DNA from: a virus
Length of the DNA: 64,000 nucleotides
Virus record (IMG/VR): IMGVR_UViG_3300000553_000012
Location: 1-64,000 of that record
Reading direction: 5' to 3' (one strand)
Positions 10,350-20,918 of this stretch are shown piece by piece (position 1 is the stretch's first letter; the number at the start of each line of letters is the position of its first letter). The notes under the pieces were generated by a model, which saw nothing but the letters and a program-made list of their open reading frames with translations, was not told the DNA's origin and ran no database searches. A program made the position numbers and the translations under genes.

Positions 10350-12413
10350 CTAGAACGAAAATAGAAGTTTTACAGTTTCAGACTGTGTATTAGACCTAGC
10401 AATTGCATTAAAATTCTCAATGTATATCACATCGCCGCTTTCTGGAATAAGATCAGGATTGTTTATTGTATTTATATTAAAAATTGTGCCGCTATTTCCA
10501 ATAATATTACCAGTAGTTATAGGTCCTAATTTAGAAGTTAAATATACAATAGTTCCTGTGGAATTATTTGAATGAAAAACGGCAGTTGATGTTCCTTGTG
10601 TAACAGTTTCATTGGTATTAAAAGTAATTCCACTTGTATATGTTCCATTATATGAATATAATTGATTAAATGTTTTAAATCCCTTTACTACACCATTATT
10701 TTGAATACCGGTGATTTGTGCTGTAGTTCCGGAAGAAGAACCTGTAACTAATGCTGTATTAGAAATTACAAAAGTTCCTGTAGCATTTGTTATTTGTAAA
10801 TTAGAGTTAAAAACTGCTGAAGTTACTATTCCACTAGAATTAATATTTCCTATTGATTGTGTTACAGTTTCTCCTACATTAAAATTTCCAGTTTGAGAAC
10901 TAACATTAAAAACAACATTAGAAAATAAAGGATTACTGAGTATTCCAACAGATTGATATTGATTTACTGCTGGAATAGTATTACTTTCAGAATTTGCAAA
11001 AGTCACACTTATACATACAGTATTGCTGTATAATTCAGAGGCAACATTGGCGCCATGCCCTCTTTTGGGACTTCCTATTACTCTAAGAGTGGCTACATTT
11101 GATATAGATGAAGAATAACCACCATATACATAAACATTGGCTGTAGCTGAATATACATTAATTCCTGTATTAAGAATTTGCACTCCATATATACTATTGC
11201 CAGATCCAGGAGTTGAATTTACTAAAGCCATGGCTGCGGCATTTGTCACGTAATCTCCATTGCTATATATATTGACCGCTGGAGCAATCATATACGTTGA
11301 CGTTCCATCTGGAGTTATAGCAAAATTTGATGCTAAATTAATATATGTTCCGGTTGCATATGTAAGATGTGAAGTAATTGTACTATATTGGCCTTGACCA
11401 GTGCCTCCCGTTATATAAAAATAACAGCCATTATATAAATTTGGTTGAGTCGATGCTCCAATATCTAAATGAACTCGAGGAGTTAATGTATTATTAAATC
11501 CACCAATTCCACTAGTAGTTCCACTTAATATACCAGAATAATAATTTATATATCCTTGACCGGTATAAGGAACAATGTTATTATTAGAATCTACAGGAGC
11601 AATAACATCGATAGTACCAGAAACAGCATTTGAAGTTACATTTGAATCAGGAACTACTGGAATATAAAGATTTGTAGCAAACTTATTATATAAAGAAGAA
11701 GGAAAACTATACATATACTTCCATTGATAACCATCTGCTGTTTGAAAGAAATTATCTATAGCAGACGTATCGTTATAATTTGGAGCATATGTTGATGGTG
11801 TTTCACCATTGTTGTTAAGACATTTAAATACATAATAATATGTTGATGGAACATTATCTGTAGTATATACATAAAAATTTTCATTAGATAAATTTGGATT
11901 GGCGTCATCGTACATAGAATATGTTATTCCAGATTGCCACTGGACAGCAGGAATCATCAAAGAAACATCTGAAGAAGTTATTGATTTACCAAATAGCATA
12001 TTATCATATGCATTAAATAAAAGAGTGGACGGATTATCATAATATTGCGGAACTACTCCAGCCGCCCAAGAACTCGATTGTCCTGCAAATATATAATATC
12101 CAGAAGTAGTTGTTTGATATGTATTTACAATTGCTGTAGAAGTAGAACCAGTAAATGCAGCAGACATAGTAATATTACTTGATCCTACCGCAACAACAGT
12201 TGTTCCAGTAGGAATACCAGTAACATTTGCTGTTATTATTTGACCTACTGAAATTCCAGAATTACTTGTTATTGACGAAATATTTGCATCATTATTGTTT
12301 ACTGTACCGGTTATTGAAGCCGATAACACATTTAAAACGGGACTAAAAGAATTTACAAAAGAAATTGCGTTCTTTAATCTATAATCGTTGGGTATTAATT
12401 GAGTCGTCGTCAT
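10350..12413 (-). CDS. gp8: Baseplate wedge subunit gp8-like
   Basis: W-SG--Y-MYDD, VFKCLNNN, TADGYQWKYMY, GHG, SGDVIYIEN---I-R---QSE-VKL. Confidence 0.85.
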   Translation of the reverse strand: MTTTQLIPNDYRLKNAISFVNSFSPVLNVLSASITGTVNNNDANISSITSNSGISVGQIITANVTGIPTGTTVVAVGSSNITMSAAFTGSTSTAIVNTYQTTTSGYYIFAGQSSSWAAGVVPQYYDNPSTLLFNAYDNMLFGKSITSSDVSLMIPAVQWQSGITYSMYDDANPNLSNENFYVYTTDNVPSTYYYVFKCLNNNGETPSTYAPNYNDTSAIDNFFQTADGYQWKYMYSFPSSLYNKFATNLYIPVVPDSNVTSNAVSGTIDVIAPVDSNNNIVPYTGQGYINYYSGILSGTTSGIGGFNNTLTPRVHLDIGASTQPNLYNGCYFYITGGTGQGQYSTITSHLTYATGTYINLASNFAITPDGTSTYMIAPAVNIYSNGDYVTNAAAMALVNSTPGSGNSIYGVQILNTGINVYSATANVYVYGGYSSSISNVATLRVIGSPKRGHGANVASELYSNTVCISVTFANSESNTIPAVNQYQSVGILSNPLFSNVVFNVSSQTGNFNVGETVTQSIGNINSSGIVTSAVFNSNLQITNATGTFVISNTALVTGSSSGTTAQITGIQNNGVVKGFKTFNQLYSYNGTYTSGITFNTNETVTQGTSTAVFHSNNSTGTIVYLTSKLGPITTGNIIGNSGTIFNINTINNPDLIPESGDVIYIENFNAIARSNTQSETVKLLFSF

Positions 12414-12427
12414 ATTTTATCCTATAA

Positions 12428-15400
12428 TCAACTAGATTGTACTATTTGTATAGTACTAGTTATATTTAATGGAGTAGATATATATTCTTTTTTTACTACA
12501 GCACCATATAAAGCAGTTCCCGCAGTATGAACTACTTGTTTAACCATATCATAATATTTATCAACGGACTGAGAAGACTTTATTTCATAAGAAAAGTTTT
12601 GATAAAAATACCCATCTTGAATATACTTGTCGGCCGATAAAAATCCTTTTGTGGTGTCATAATATCCTGTGCCATATCCTTGTTTACCTAGAATTGCTAT
12701 TGCATTTCCCGATGCTAAAGAATTTGTTTGAGATTGAAAAATCAAACTGCTATTATTAATATATCCAATACCAGAATCAATAACCGATAAACTAGTAACA
12801 ACACCATTAGATGATATTACATTAGCTGATATGTTTGCATTATCTCCAGAATAATTAGCTAAGGTATTTGCAGTAATTAATGTAATATTGGCAGAAGCAC
12901 TACTAGTACTGCCAATTAGTCTCATTGCAGTATTAGAACCACTAACTTGAAATCCGGACGAAATTGACATTCTTTTTACTGACATTGTCGTCGATGTCAA
13001 AGAATTAATTCTACCAATAGCATTTGAAGAATTGACATTTTGCGTTACTATTTCACCATTAGAAAATGTACCATTAATATTATCAATCGTAAAATAATAA
13101 TCTTGATATTGTAAATCTGCTACTCCGGGTTGATATATTTCAATAAAAGGAGAATAATTATAATTATTTCCCGGATTTGTAATCGTTATATTTGGTATTT
13201 CGCCAAGATTTATTGTTTGAGTGGTAAAAATAGAAGCCAGTGTGCCATTAGCCAAATTTGCTGTTGGTTTAGCGGGAAATCCATATGCAGTACCAGGGTT
13301 CCCAGATAATGTAATAGAAAGATATGATTCATTTCCAACATTATTTCCACCTATAATATCAGTATATGCGGTTATTGTATCTGTGGTGTTATTACCAATA
13401 GTACCTAATAATATACTTGCGCCATTTCCACTTGAAAAGCCAATAAGATTGGCGCTTACATTTTGTGCTGGTGTATATGAAAGTATACTTGTTGCTGAAT
13501 TAGCAATATTAGTTGCTGTAAAAGACATTTTAGCGCCTGAAATACTTCCAATAATGGGATAACTAATATTTGGACTTCCATAAAAAATACTAGCAAAAAA
13601 ATTAGTCGTAAATTTATTAGTAATTTTACCATATAATATATTTGCCGTGCCGTTGGTTTGATATACTGGTTCACCGGGAATAAATCCGGTAGTGACTGAT
13701 CCGGCAATATTACTGAATCTAGTCAAATATGAAGTAAGAGCAGAGTTGCTTCCTGTAGTTGTAGTAAATGTACCACTTAATGGTTGTACTATTAATGCTG
13801 TACTAGTAGAATCTTTTCCTATAATAATACCAGTAGCAATATTTGCAGTACCATTTGTTTGATATACTACTTCGCCGGTATACCATGTATTTCCAGTAGC
13901 TAAAGTTATTGTTCCAGGATATATTACACCAATAGTATTATATCCTATAATTGGATTTGTATTGGTTAATGGTGCACTTAATCCGATAATACCAATATTT
14001 GTATTAAAAGATGATACTAAAGCAAAAGCTCCACTCGTTTGTCCTATAATAAGATTACTACTAGAAAAATAAGAGTTATAAACATTAGATACTGATAGTG
14101 TAACATTTGAGCCTGATTGTGAAAAAGCAGTAAGAACGCCACTTGCATTTCCATCTTGTGATAATAATGTTTCGCCTATACTAAATTTGCCCGATAATCC
14201 ATTAGCAAATACTGTGACATTACTCGAATAAGCAAATGCATTAGCATATACATTGGCCACCGAAGAATTGGTGCTATTATAAATTACTATATTGGCGAAT
14301 TTTGATATAGCATTTTGACTTGTGGGTAAAGTGCTTTGAACGTTTGATAAGTATAATACTGTATTAGATATTAATAGTTGTGGAGGAAGAATAGTAGTAC
14401 TATTGCTATATCCCCAACCACCATCATTAAAAGTAAATGATACTGTTCCATTTACTTTTGCCGTCGACGTAACTCTAGCTGTTCCTTCTATACCGTATGA
14501 AGATAATAAATTAACTATATCTCCAACATTAAACCCGCTTCCGCCATTAGTTATTATAAGATTTGAAAGAGACCCAACTACAATCGGAGCATTGGTTATA
14601 TTATTGTTTACACTTAATACTTCGCCGGTTATAAATGATTTTTCTGATGCATTTGTCAAATAAAACAAATTGACTAATTTTGATCCTGAAGGTCTGGTAA
14701 TAATTCTATCAACATAAGCTGTGGCGCCGGAAGTAACTCCCGTAACAGTTTGACCAACATAACTAGAAAGTATTGGAGAATTACTAACTTCTAAATATTG
14801 TGGTATAGTCCATATGCCATCTGATGGTTTTAGTATATCATTTCCGGGAATATAGAGATCAATATCTTCAGCAAATACTAATTGAAACAACAATTTAATT
14901 GCTCGACTTGTTCCTTTTGCTCTATATAAATCTAATATTCTTTTTACTGCTAATTTAGGATCTGCTAAAATATCATATTGAATTCCTTGCAAATAGGTAT
15001 TAGTAAAATACACTATAAATTCATTTAATGTATTATCAATATCAATATAACTTAAAAGATTTCTAGTTTGATATGTAGGATTGCCTAAAGTAATAATATC
15101 TGAAACAGCGGCTACGTTAGCAACAGCCAATGATGTTGCGCCATTAAGAGAAAGATTGCTTGTAAATGTTCCAGTAAAATTATTAATAGTCAATGTGCTG
15201 CCAGAAACACCTATTAAAGTTCCTGTAGCTACATTTGTAGAATTTAATGCTTGATAAACAATTTCACCATTTGAAAAGTTCTTTGTAGAATCATATAATG
15301 TTAAGTTAATAACGCCATAAGATTGTTCAAGCCATTCATAATAAGCTTGAACAAAGGCTATGAATAATGGGCCGTCTTCATTATAAAATGCCGGGAATTG

Positions 15401-15439
15401 ATTTTGTATAAGATTGGAAACGGTTTGTTCTTGACTCAT
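12428..15439 (-). CDS. gp7: Baseplate wedge initiator gp7-like
   Basis: QFP-F--EDGP-F--FV-AYYEWLE; LYRAKGT; IQDG-FYQ-FSYEIKS...VHTAGT; lies between gp6 and gp8. Confidence 0.75.
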   Translation of the reverse strand: MSQEQTVSNLIQNQFPAFYNEDGPLFIAFVQAYYEWLEQSYGVINLTLYDSTKNFSNGEIVYQALNSTNVATGTLIGVSGSTLTINNFTGTFTSNLSLNGATSLAVANVAAVSDIITLGNPTYQTRNLLSYIDIDNTLNEFIVYFTNTYLQGIQYDILADPKLAVKRILDLYRAKGTSRAIKLLFQLVFAEDIDLYIPGNDILKPSDGIWTIPQYLEVSNSPILSSYVGQTVTGVTSGATAYVDRIITRPSGSKLVNLFYLTNASEKSFITGEVLSVNNNITNAPIVVGSLSNLIITNGGSGFNVGDIVNLLSSYGIEGTARVTSTAKVNGTVSFTFNDGGWGYSNSTTILPPQLLISNTVLYLSNVQSTLPTSQNAISKFANIVIYNSTNSSVANVYANAFAYSSNVTVFANGLSGKFSIGETLLSQDGNASGVLTAFSQSGSNVTLSVSNVYNSYFSSSNLIIGQTSGAFALVSSFNTNIGIIGLSAPLTNTNPIIGYNTIGVIYPGTITLATGNTWYTGEVVYQTNGTANIATGIIIGKDSTSTALIVQPLSGTFTTTTGSNSALTSYLTRFSNIAGSVTTGFIPGEPVYQTNGTANILYGKITNKFTTNFFASIFYGSPNISYPIIGSISGAKMSFTATNIANSATSILSYTPAQNVSANLIGFSSGNGASILLGTIGNNTTDTITAYTDIIGGNNVGNESYLSITLSGNPGTAYGFPAKPTANLANGTLASIFTTQTINLGEIPNITITNPGNNYNYSPFIEIYQPGVADLQYQDYYFTIDNINGTFSNGEIVTQNVNSSNAIGRINSLTSTTMSVKRMSISSGFQVSGSNTAMRLIGSTSSASANITLITANTLANYSGDNANISANVISSNGVVTSLSVIDSGIGYINNSSLIFQSQTNSLASGNAIAILGKQGYGTGYYDTTKGFLSADKYIQDGYFYQNFSYEIKSSQSVDKYYDMVKQVVHTAGTALYGAVVKKEYISTPLNITSTIQIVQSS

Positions 15440-17247
15440 TATTGTCTTACTATTTGAACCGATACATTGATTTCATCATTTGGTATTTCATAAATTATAT
15501 GTTGAGATACTGAAGTATCTTTTGTAGCAGGAATAATATAAAATCTAATAGAATCTCCAAAATATTCTGAAGTATAAAAATTTATCAAATTAATAGTTCC
15601 AGTAGAATAGTCTATATTTCCTACTCCAGAACTTACTATAGAAGTATGATAACCATTAGCATTAGTTTCAACTATACGAAGATTTCCTAAACCATCATCT
15701 TCAATATTAGATATAATTCCATTATATAAGAATTGTGTACTACTAACAGCATGTTTATTTGGGGCGGGGTGTATTAATGGCTCTGGAGGAAATGTATTAT
15801 CTACAGCCATATTAAAATTAATTTGATAATTTTGAGAAATTGTTGTAGATGGAATTAATTTCTTCATGACTGTATAATCAGTTTCATTGCTTATTATACT
15901 AGGATGAGCAGCATCAATTGCTTCTACAAGTCTAGAATATAAAAGAGATGATCCAAAATTATCTAGATTTTGCATACCATAACTTTGAATTGCTGATGTA
16001 ACAAATGCTGATATATCGGATGGTTGAAGTATTGTTTGATTAATATTATATTTAACTGTTGTGGTTATACTTGCATATGTGTAATCTGGTTCAACAAACA
16101 CATGATCTATAGCCAAAGGAGAACGAGTCGATAAAAATGCATTATATTCTGTGATTTTATTGGTGGGAATTATATCAAAGTTAAAAAGTTTTAAAGCAAT
16201 GAATACTTTTCCATATTGTGGTGGAGTTACATCTTCTCCTCCATATACAGAAATAGCTTCGATTTCAGGATATTGAACAGTCAATAATGTTTTATAATCA
16301 TTGGTTGTTACTGCTCTTTCTTGTGTTGCATAATATCTAGGAGCATTATATCGAATAGTATTAATGTCCTCAGCAATATCACCTCCAGTGGCTGAAGATA
16401 CAGTAGTGACAGATATATTTGAAGAACCACCTATAGTACCGTTTGGAGTAAATACAGAAATTCCATTTGGAAGCTGACCATTAGTTACTAGATATGTTGT
16501 TACAACAACCGAGTTATCTGCTGGTCTTCTACCTACTATATTATCACCAAATATAATCTCATATTGACTATTTTCTGATCCTTGAAGAAAATATACAGTA
16601 GAAGATTCTGTTAAATCTAATAAAGATGTAGATAAAAAATATGGAATAACATTTGCACCATTATTTTCTACACTTACAACAGTCAACGAAGTTGTATCAA
16701 TTGTTGGATTAGATAAAATAAATCTTTGGTTATCTGTATTTGATATTGGATTAACAACAAAAGTATCTGTAATGGAAGTTCCTTCATATATTTCTACATT
16801 GCTGGCATAAAAATTGCCATCAGTATTAGCTCCAATAACTATATTTTGATTTGTGGAAAAAGTATAATTATTAGATCCGGCTTTACCTGTAAAAGAAGTT
16901 CCGGCCGGAATCGTAAGAATAATTGGATTATTTGGAACATTAGATACAACAAGATTTATTACACCATAAGAGGATTTAAATGATCTTGGAGTATAATTAA
17001 GCTCTTTGGCCCTTAGTACAACAGAATCCCTTAATTGTGCTGTATCTAAAAACATTTCAGAACCAATCATGTTCATATAAAATGCATTAAGATATGTATT
17101 ATATGAAAGAATATCTAACAAAACACTAATATTACTGGCGTCAAAATTATAATCTTTGAATTGAGTCTGCGATTGAAGATACGTCTTCAATGAATTTTTG
17201 TAATCAGCAAAGTCTAATGATGTCAGTGATATACTAGAAGGGGTCAT
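15439..17247 (-). CDS. gp6: Baseplate wedge subunit gp6
   Basis: LDF---K-SLK-YL, DYNFDAS---LLD-LSYNT--NAFY-NM---EMFLD-AQLR, QERAVT--DY, PPQYGKVFI. Confidence 0.95.
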   Translation of the reverse strand: MTPSSISLTSLDFADYKNSLKTYLQSQTQFKDYNFDASNISVLLDILSYNTYLNAFYMNMIGSEMFLDTAQLRDSVVLRAKELNYTPRSFKSSYGVINLVVSNVPNNPIILTIPAGTSFTGKAGSNNYTFSTNQNIVIGANTDGNFYASNVEIYEGTSITDTFVVNPISNTDNQRFILSNPTIDTTSLTVVSVENNGANVIPYFLSTSLLDLTESSTVYFLQGSENSQYEIIFGDNIVGRRPADNSVVVTTYLVTNGQLPNGISVFTPNGTIGGSSNISVTTVSSATGGDIAEDINTIRYNAPRYYATQERAVTTNDYKTLLTVQYPEIEAISVYGGEDVTPPQYGKVFIALKLFNFDIIPTNKITEYNAFLSTRSPLAIDHVFVEPDYTYASITTTVKYNINQTILQPSDISAFVTSAIQSYGMQNLDNFGSSLLYSRLVEAIDAAHPSIISNETDYTVMKKLIPSTTISQNYQINFNMAVDNTFPPEPLIHPAPNKHAVSSTQFLYNGIISNIEDDGLGNLRIVETNANGYHTSIVSSGVGNIDYSTGTINLINFYTSEYFGDSIRFYIIPATKDTSVSQHIIYEIPNDEINVSVQIVRQ

Positions 17248-17672
17248 TAACGAACTCTATAAAGTATTGTTGAAAGTGTAATCGGCGTCGTTATATTTAT
17301 AACATAAAAAGTAATAGTTATAGCATATGCATTTTCATCGATATATGGAGTTACTACGACACTAATTAATTTTACTCTAGGTTCATAGTTTTCTATAGTA
17401 TTTGTTATTTCAAGCTGTATATTAGTTTGAGTAACGGGAGTTATTGGTTCAAAGAGATAATTTCTAAGATTACAACCAAATGTTGGAGAAAATGGTCTTT
17501 CATATTTATTGGTATGTATTAAATTTAAAATAGCCTGTTTGACTGATTCTTCATTTTTTTTAATAACTAAATCATGAAGTTCAGGATGTACAACAAAGTT
17601 ATCAAAAAAATCACTGTATAATAATGGCTGTGCTGATAAAGGCGTAAATTTATCTTGATTAAATGTTTGAGC
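17247..17672 (-). CDS. gp25: Baseplate wedge subunit gp25
   Basis: NE-SVKQAI-NL--T---ERPF-P-FG, YEPRV; start probably MAQTF (17672). Confidence 0.92.
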   Translation of the reverse strand, partial: AQTFNQDKFTPLSAQPLLYSDFFDNFVVHPELHDLVIKKNEESVKQAILNLIHTNKYERPFSPTFGCNLRNYLFEPITPVTQTNIQLEITNTIENYEPRVKLISVVVTPYIDENAYAITITFYVINITTPITLSTILYRVR

Positions 17673-17676
17673 CATT

Positions 17677-18822
17677 TTATGTTCCTGCAATCGTTATAGG
17701 CGGTATATTGAGAGTTATACTTGCATTACTATTAGAACTTGTTGCCTTACTTGACATAACAATTGAATTAACATTATAATTTACATTAAAAGTAGCGGGT
17801 GAACTTCCAAGATACGGAGCAGATATAGCTACAGCATTACCAAGTACATTTGTCACATAACAACCATTAGCAAATCCGGGTTGTGTTGATGTCAATGTCA
17901 TACCAATAACAATATTACTATCTGGCGCAGATAAAGTTAAAACTGAAGCTCCTGTAGTATAAATTTGCAATCCAACTGTAGCCGAAAATGAACACGGCAC
18001 AGTATTTATACTTAAAACCGTTGTGTTTATTGGAATAGAATTGTCCGATGCAATTATTGTTTGTCCGACGGTAATAATAGCATTAGCTGGATAATTCTTT
18101 ACATAATTATTGCCGGAAGTGACTGTTGCAGTAAATGGAGCTCCGGATATATTAGTATTTGCTATATAATCTGTAATACTAGAATTAAAAGTATCTCCTA
18201 TAGCCGTATATGAAGCAACAAAATTAGTTCCATTTGACGTATCCAATAGTGGTATATTATTTCCAGCTATTGAAGATACTATTGATTGACTTTGTTGAAC
18301 TCTTTGTAAAGCAGGACCTATTGCGCCATTTACTATATTCTGAGCAGATTGTATATTTGAATTTATATTAGAAATGGTAGAAGATACATTACTTACAGAA
18401 CCGCTAATGCCACCTGTAACTTGATTTTCTAAATTATTATTAGAACTAAGAAGTCCTCTTTCTAATCTAGGTATGGCATTTTGTACAGCAGAGGCCAATT
18501 GCTCTATAGATATTCCCAATTGAACAAGTTGCATAGCATATTTTATTTGAGCCTGTAATTGTGGAAATATTGGACCAAGAATCAATTTTGGTATCCAACT
18601 TATTATTGCAAAAGGATCTGTGGGTAAACTTAATATCGGCAAATAACTTTTAATTATTTGCAATTCTCTTTGTTCAATATCACTTACTAAATCTTGTACT
18701 GATTGTAAATTTTCATGAATTAAGTATTTTAATGATTCTGCATCTTGAGTAAAATTTATCTGTTGCACCAATGAATTGATGTGTAAAGTATTAACTATTT
18801 TTGATCCTGATAATACACTCAT
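17677..18822 (-). CDS. Hypothetical baseplate-associated protein between gp5 and gp25
   Basis: Helical N-half with a hydrophobic stretch, beta-module C-half. Confidence 0.6.
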   Translation of the reverse strand: MSVLSGSKIVNTLHINSLVQQINFTQDAESLKYLIHENLQSVQDLVSDIEQRELQIIKSYLPILSLPTDPFAIISWIPKLILGPIFPQLQAQIKYAMQLVQLGISIEQLASAVQNAIPRLERGLLSSNNNLENQVTGGISGSVSNVSSTISNINSNIQSAQNIVNGAIGPALQRVQQSQSIVSSIAGNNIPLLDTSNGTNFVASYTAIGDTFNSSITDYIANTNISGAPFTATVTSGNNYVKNYPANAIITVGQTIIASDNSIPINTTVLSINTVPCSFSATVGLQIYTTGASVLTLSAPDSNIVIGMTLTSTQPGFANGCYVTNVLGNAVAISAPYLGSSPATFNVNYNVNSIVMSSKATSSNSNASITLNIPPITIAGT

Positions 18823-18833
18823 TTTTAATGCCG

Positions 18834-19646
18834 CTAATTTATATTAACGATTATACCATCTACAACATGAACTGTTTGACCAGTAGGTGTAGAAAATGTA
18901 CCAGAAGCACCAACACTCGTTCCTATTGCTCCAGGACTATTTAAACCCGCGCCGGCCACATAAGTTCCACCCGGTGCACTTAATTTTATATTATTGTTTC
19001 CAACTATATTAGTATTACCTCCAGATTGAACATTATAACTTCCGGACACATAAATTGTTTTATCTTTTACAACTATATCAAAATCATTACCAATAACTTT
19101 AGTGACTTGCTGTCCTGTATGATCTATTTCAATATAATTTCCAACTTTATGATATATTCTTATTCTTTCATTAGATGGAGTGTCGTCTAGTTCTATTACA
19201 TGCCCAGATTGAGTTTGCCTTACATTATTATATGGATATTTTGCGGCGTACGGAGACGCTGGTTCTGGACCTACTTGATTAACAGTTATTGTATTTTTTC
19301 CACGAGCCAGATTTGAAACATCATTTGTATTTTGAGTACCATCTGGAAGTTTAGCATATGAACCCCAGATTAAAGGTAGTTGCTTTTCATGCCCGTCTAA
19401 ATAAAAGCCAAACACGTGAGAACCCACTAAAAGTCCAGTAGGAGATTCTCCCACTTGATTATATGCCGCTGATGTTATTGATTGTATTGGAGTAGCCCAT
19501 AATAATTCATCAGTTGTTATAGATGGATGGTCATTTTCATTAATAACTCTAATTTGTACACGACCGAGTTGCTGTGGATCATTTACATTTTCTACAATGG
19601 CGATAAACCACCTTAGTCCTTCTTCTCCTAATCTTTGAGTTGTCAT
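18834..19646 (-). CDS. gp5: Baseplate central spike gp5 (no lysozyme domain)
   Basis: WF---VE-V-DP--LGRV-IR OB fold; YPYN-V--T-SGHVIE-DDTP--ERI--YH--G; start likely MTTQR (19646). Confidence 0.9.
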   Translation of the reverse strand: MTTQRLGEEGLRWFIAIVENVNDPQQLGRVQIRVINENDHPSITTDELLWATPIQSITSAAYNQVGESPTGLLVGSHVFGFYLDGHEKQLPLIWGSYAKLPDGTQNTNDVSNLARGKNTITVNQVGPEPASPYAAKYPYNNVRQTQSGHVIELDDTPSNERIRIYHKVGNYIEIDHTGQQVTKVIGNDFDIVVKDKTIYVSGSYNVQSGGNTNIVGNNNIKLSAPGGTYVAGAGLNSPGAIGTSVGASGTFSTPTGQTVHVVDGIIVNIN

Positions 19647-20917
19647 TATGAAAAATCCTCTTGGAAACCTTTTATAAGTTCCATAGAACAAGTATAAGAT
19701 TTTGGATTTGGCACATTATTTAATATAATGTGTCTTAATTTAGATATCAAATAATTACCAGCATATAATCTATTATCATAAGGAGCTCCAGTAGAACCTT
19801 GAGAGCTAGGAACGTTAACGGTTATAATATCACCCGCAGTCAATGCCGGATCACCATTAACATACATTCTGTATATGTTTTGTCCCATTTTTGTTACAAA
19901 TGCTCGTCTAAATCCCAACATACTATCTATAAAATTTTCAGGAAGATCGCTGGAATGTGGTATTAATAATGCCGTTGATATAGTGTTACCATATTTGTTA
20001 TTATAAGATAAAGTATTAAGGGATAATGGTTTAGGCGAAGCATATTTAAAATTTTGTTCTTGTTCTGAATTTACATATTGAGTTGTACTCACTTTGCCGG
20101 TCAATAGATCAAACCGTTTTACAGTATTATTTAATGCGCCTTGAGCTAATTTTTTGGTGTTATCTGTTTGAGACATTTGTAATAATGATATGATGCTACG
20201 AGTATTCATATTTTTAGCATCAGTTTGTTGTGTAGTATCATAAAAGAATACTTTATCACCAGTGTTATTTTGTAATTGATTTAAAAGATATTCAATCGTA
20301 CAAAAATTAAATCCTCTTTTATTTTCAAAAAATACATATGATGATGAATTATAATTTTGAGAAACCGCTCGTTTTCTTACCATGTCAATAGCCTGAAATG
20401 GCCTAAGCCGACTAAACATAAGACTTTGAACCCCTTTGGTCGGTTCAGCTATATTGATATTTTTTTGTGTATTGAGATATTGATTACACAAAGCTCTTAT
20501 CAAATCTTCGGTATTTCCCGTCATTTTGTGTGTAATAAATTGATTGGAATTTGTAATAAATTCTTCACTGACACACCTTAACAAATAAGTTCTAAATTTA
20601 CTTTGAGGCGAAATTTTTTGATCTTCTATAGATTTTACATGAAATTTATATGAATTTGTAAGATCGTTTCCTGGTTGTGAAAATTCTATTTCTATTAATT
20701 CTTCACCTATAATTGGAAATTGTGTTAAAATATCTACAGCATCAGTTATATTAAAATCCGCGCGTATAACAGGAAACATTATATCTTCATAAATACTGAT
20801 TTGTGTGACTTGATTTATTAAATTGAAACTTTTATTACTGTTGGATAATGATGTCAATGTAATTGAATTAATATCAATGCCATCTGATTTTGCATATGAA
20901 GCATTTATTGCTGTCAT
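19646..20917 (-). CDS. Baseplate hub protein (gp27-like)
   Basis: IYEDI, PIIGEE, FFENKRGFNF, GD--L-AGD-I, G-YLI--LRH; directly upstream of gp5. Confidence 0.75.
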   Translation of the reverse strand: MTAINASYAKSDGIDINSITLTSLSNSNKSFNLINQVTQISIYEDIMFPVIRADFNITDAVDILTQFPIIGEELIEIEFSQPGNDLTNSYKFHVKSIEDQKISPQSKFRTYLLRCVSEEFITNSNQFITHKMTGNTEDLIRALCNQYLNTQKNINIAEPTKGVQSLMFSRLRPFQAIDMVRKRAVSQNYNSSSYVFFENKRGFNFCTIEYLLNQLQNNTGDKVFFYDTTQQTDAKNMNTRSIISLLQMSQTDNTKKLAQGALNNTVKRFDLLTGKVSTTQYVNSEQEQNFKYASPKPLSLNTLSYNNKYGNTISTALLIPHSSDLPENFIDSMLGFRRAFVTKMGQNIYRMYVNGDPALTAGDIITVNVPSSQGSTGAPYDNRLYAGNYLISKLRHIILNNVPNPKSYTCSMELIKGFQEDFS

Positions 20918-20918
20918 G

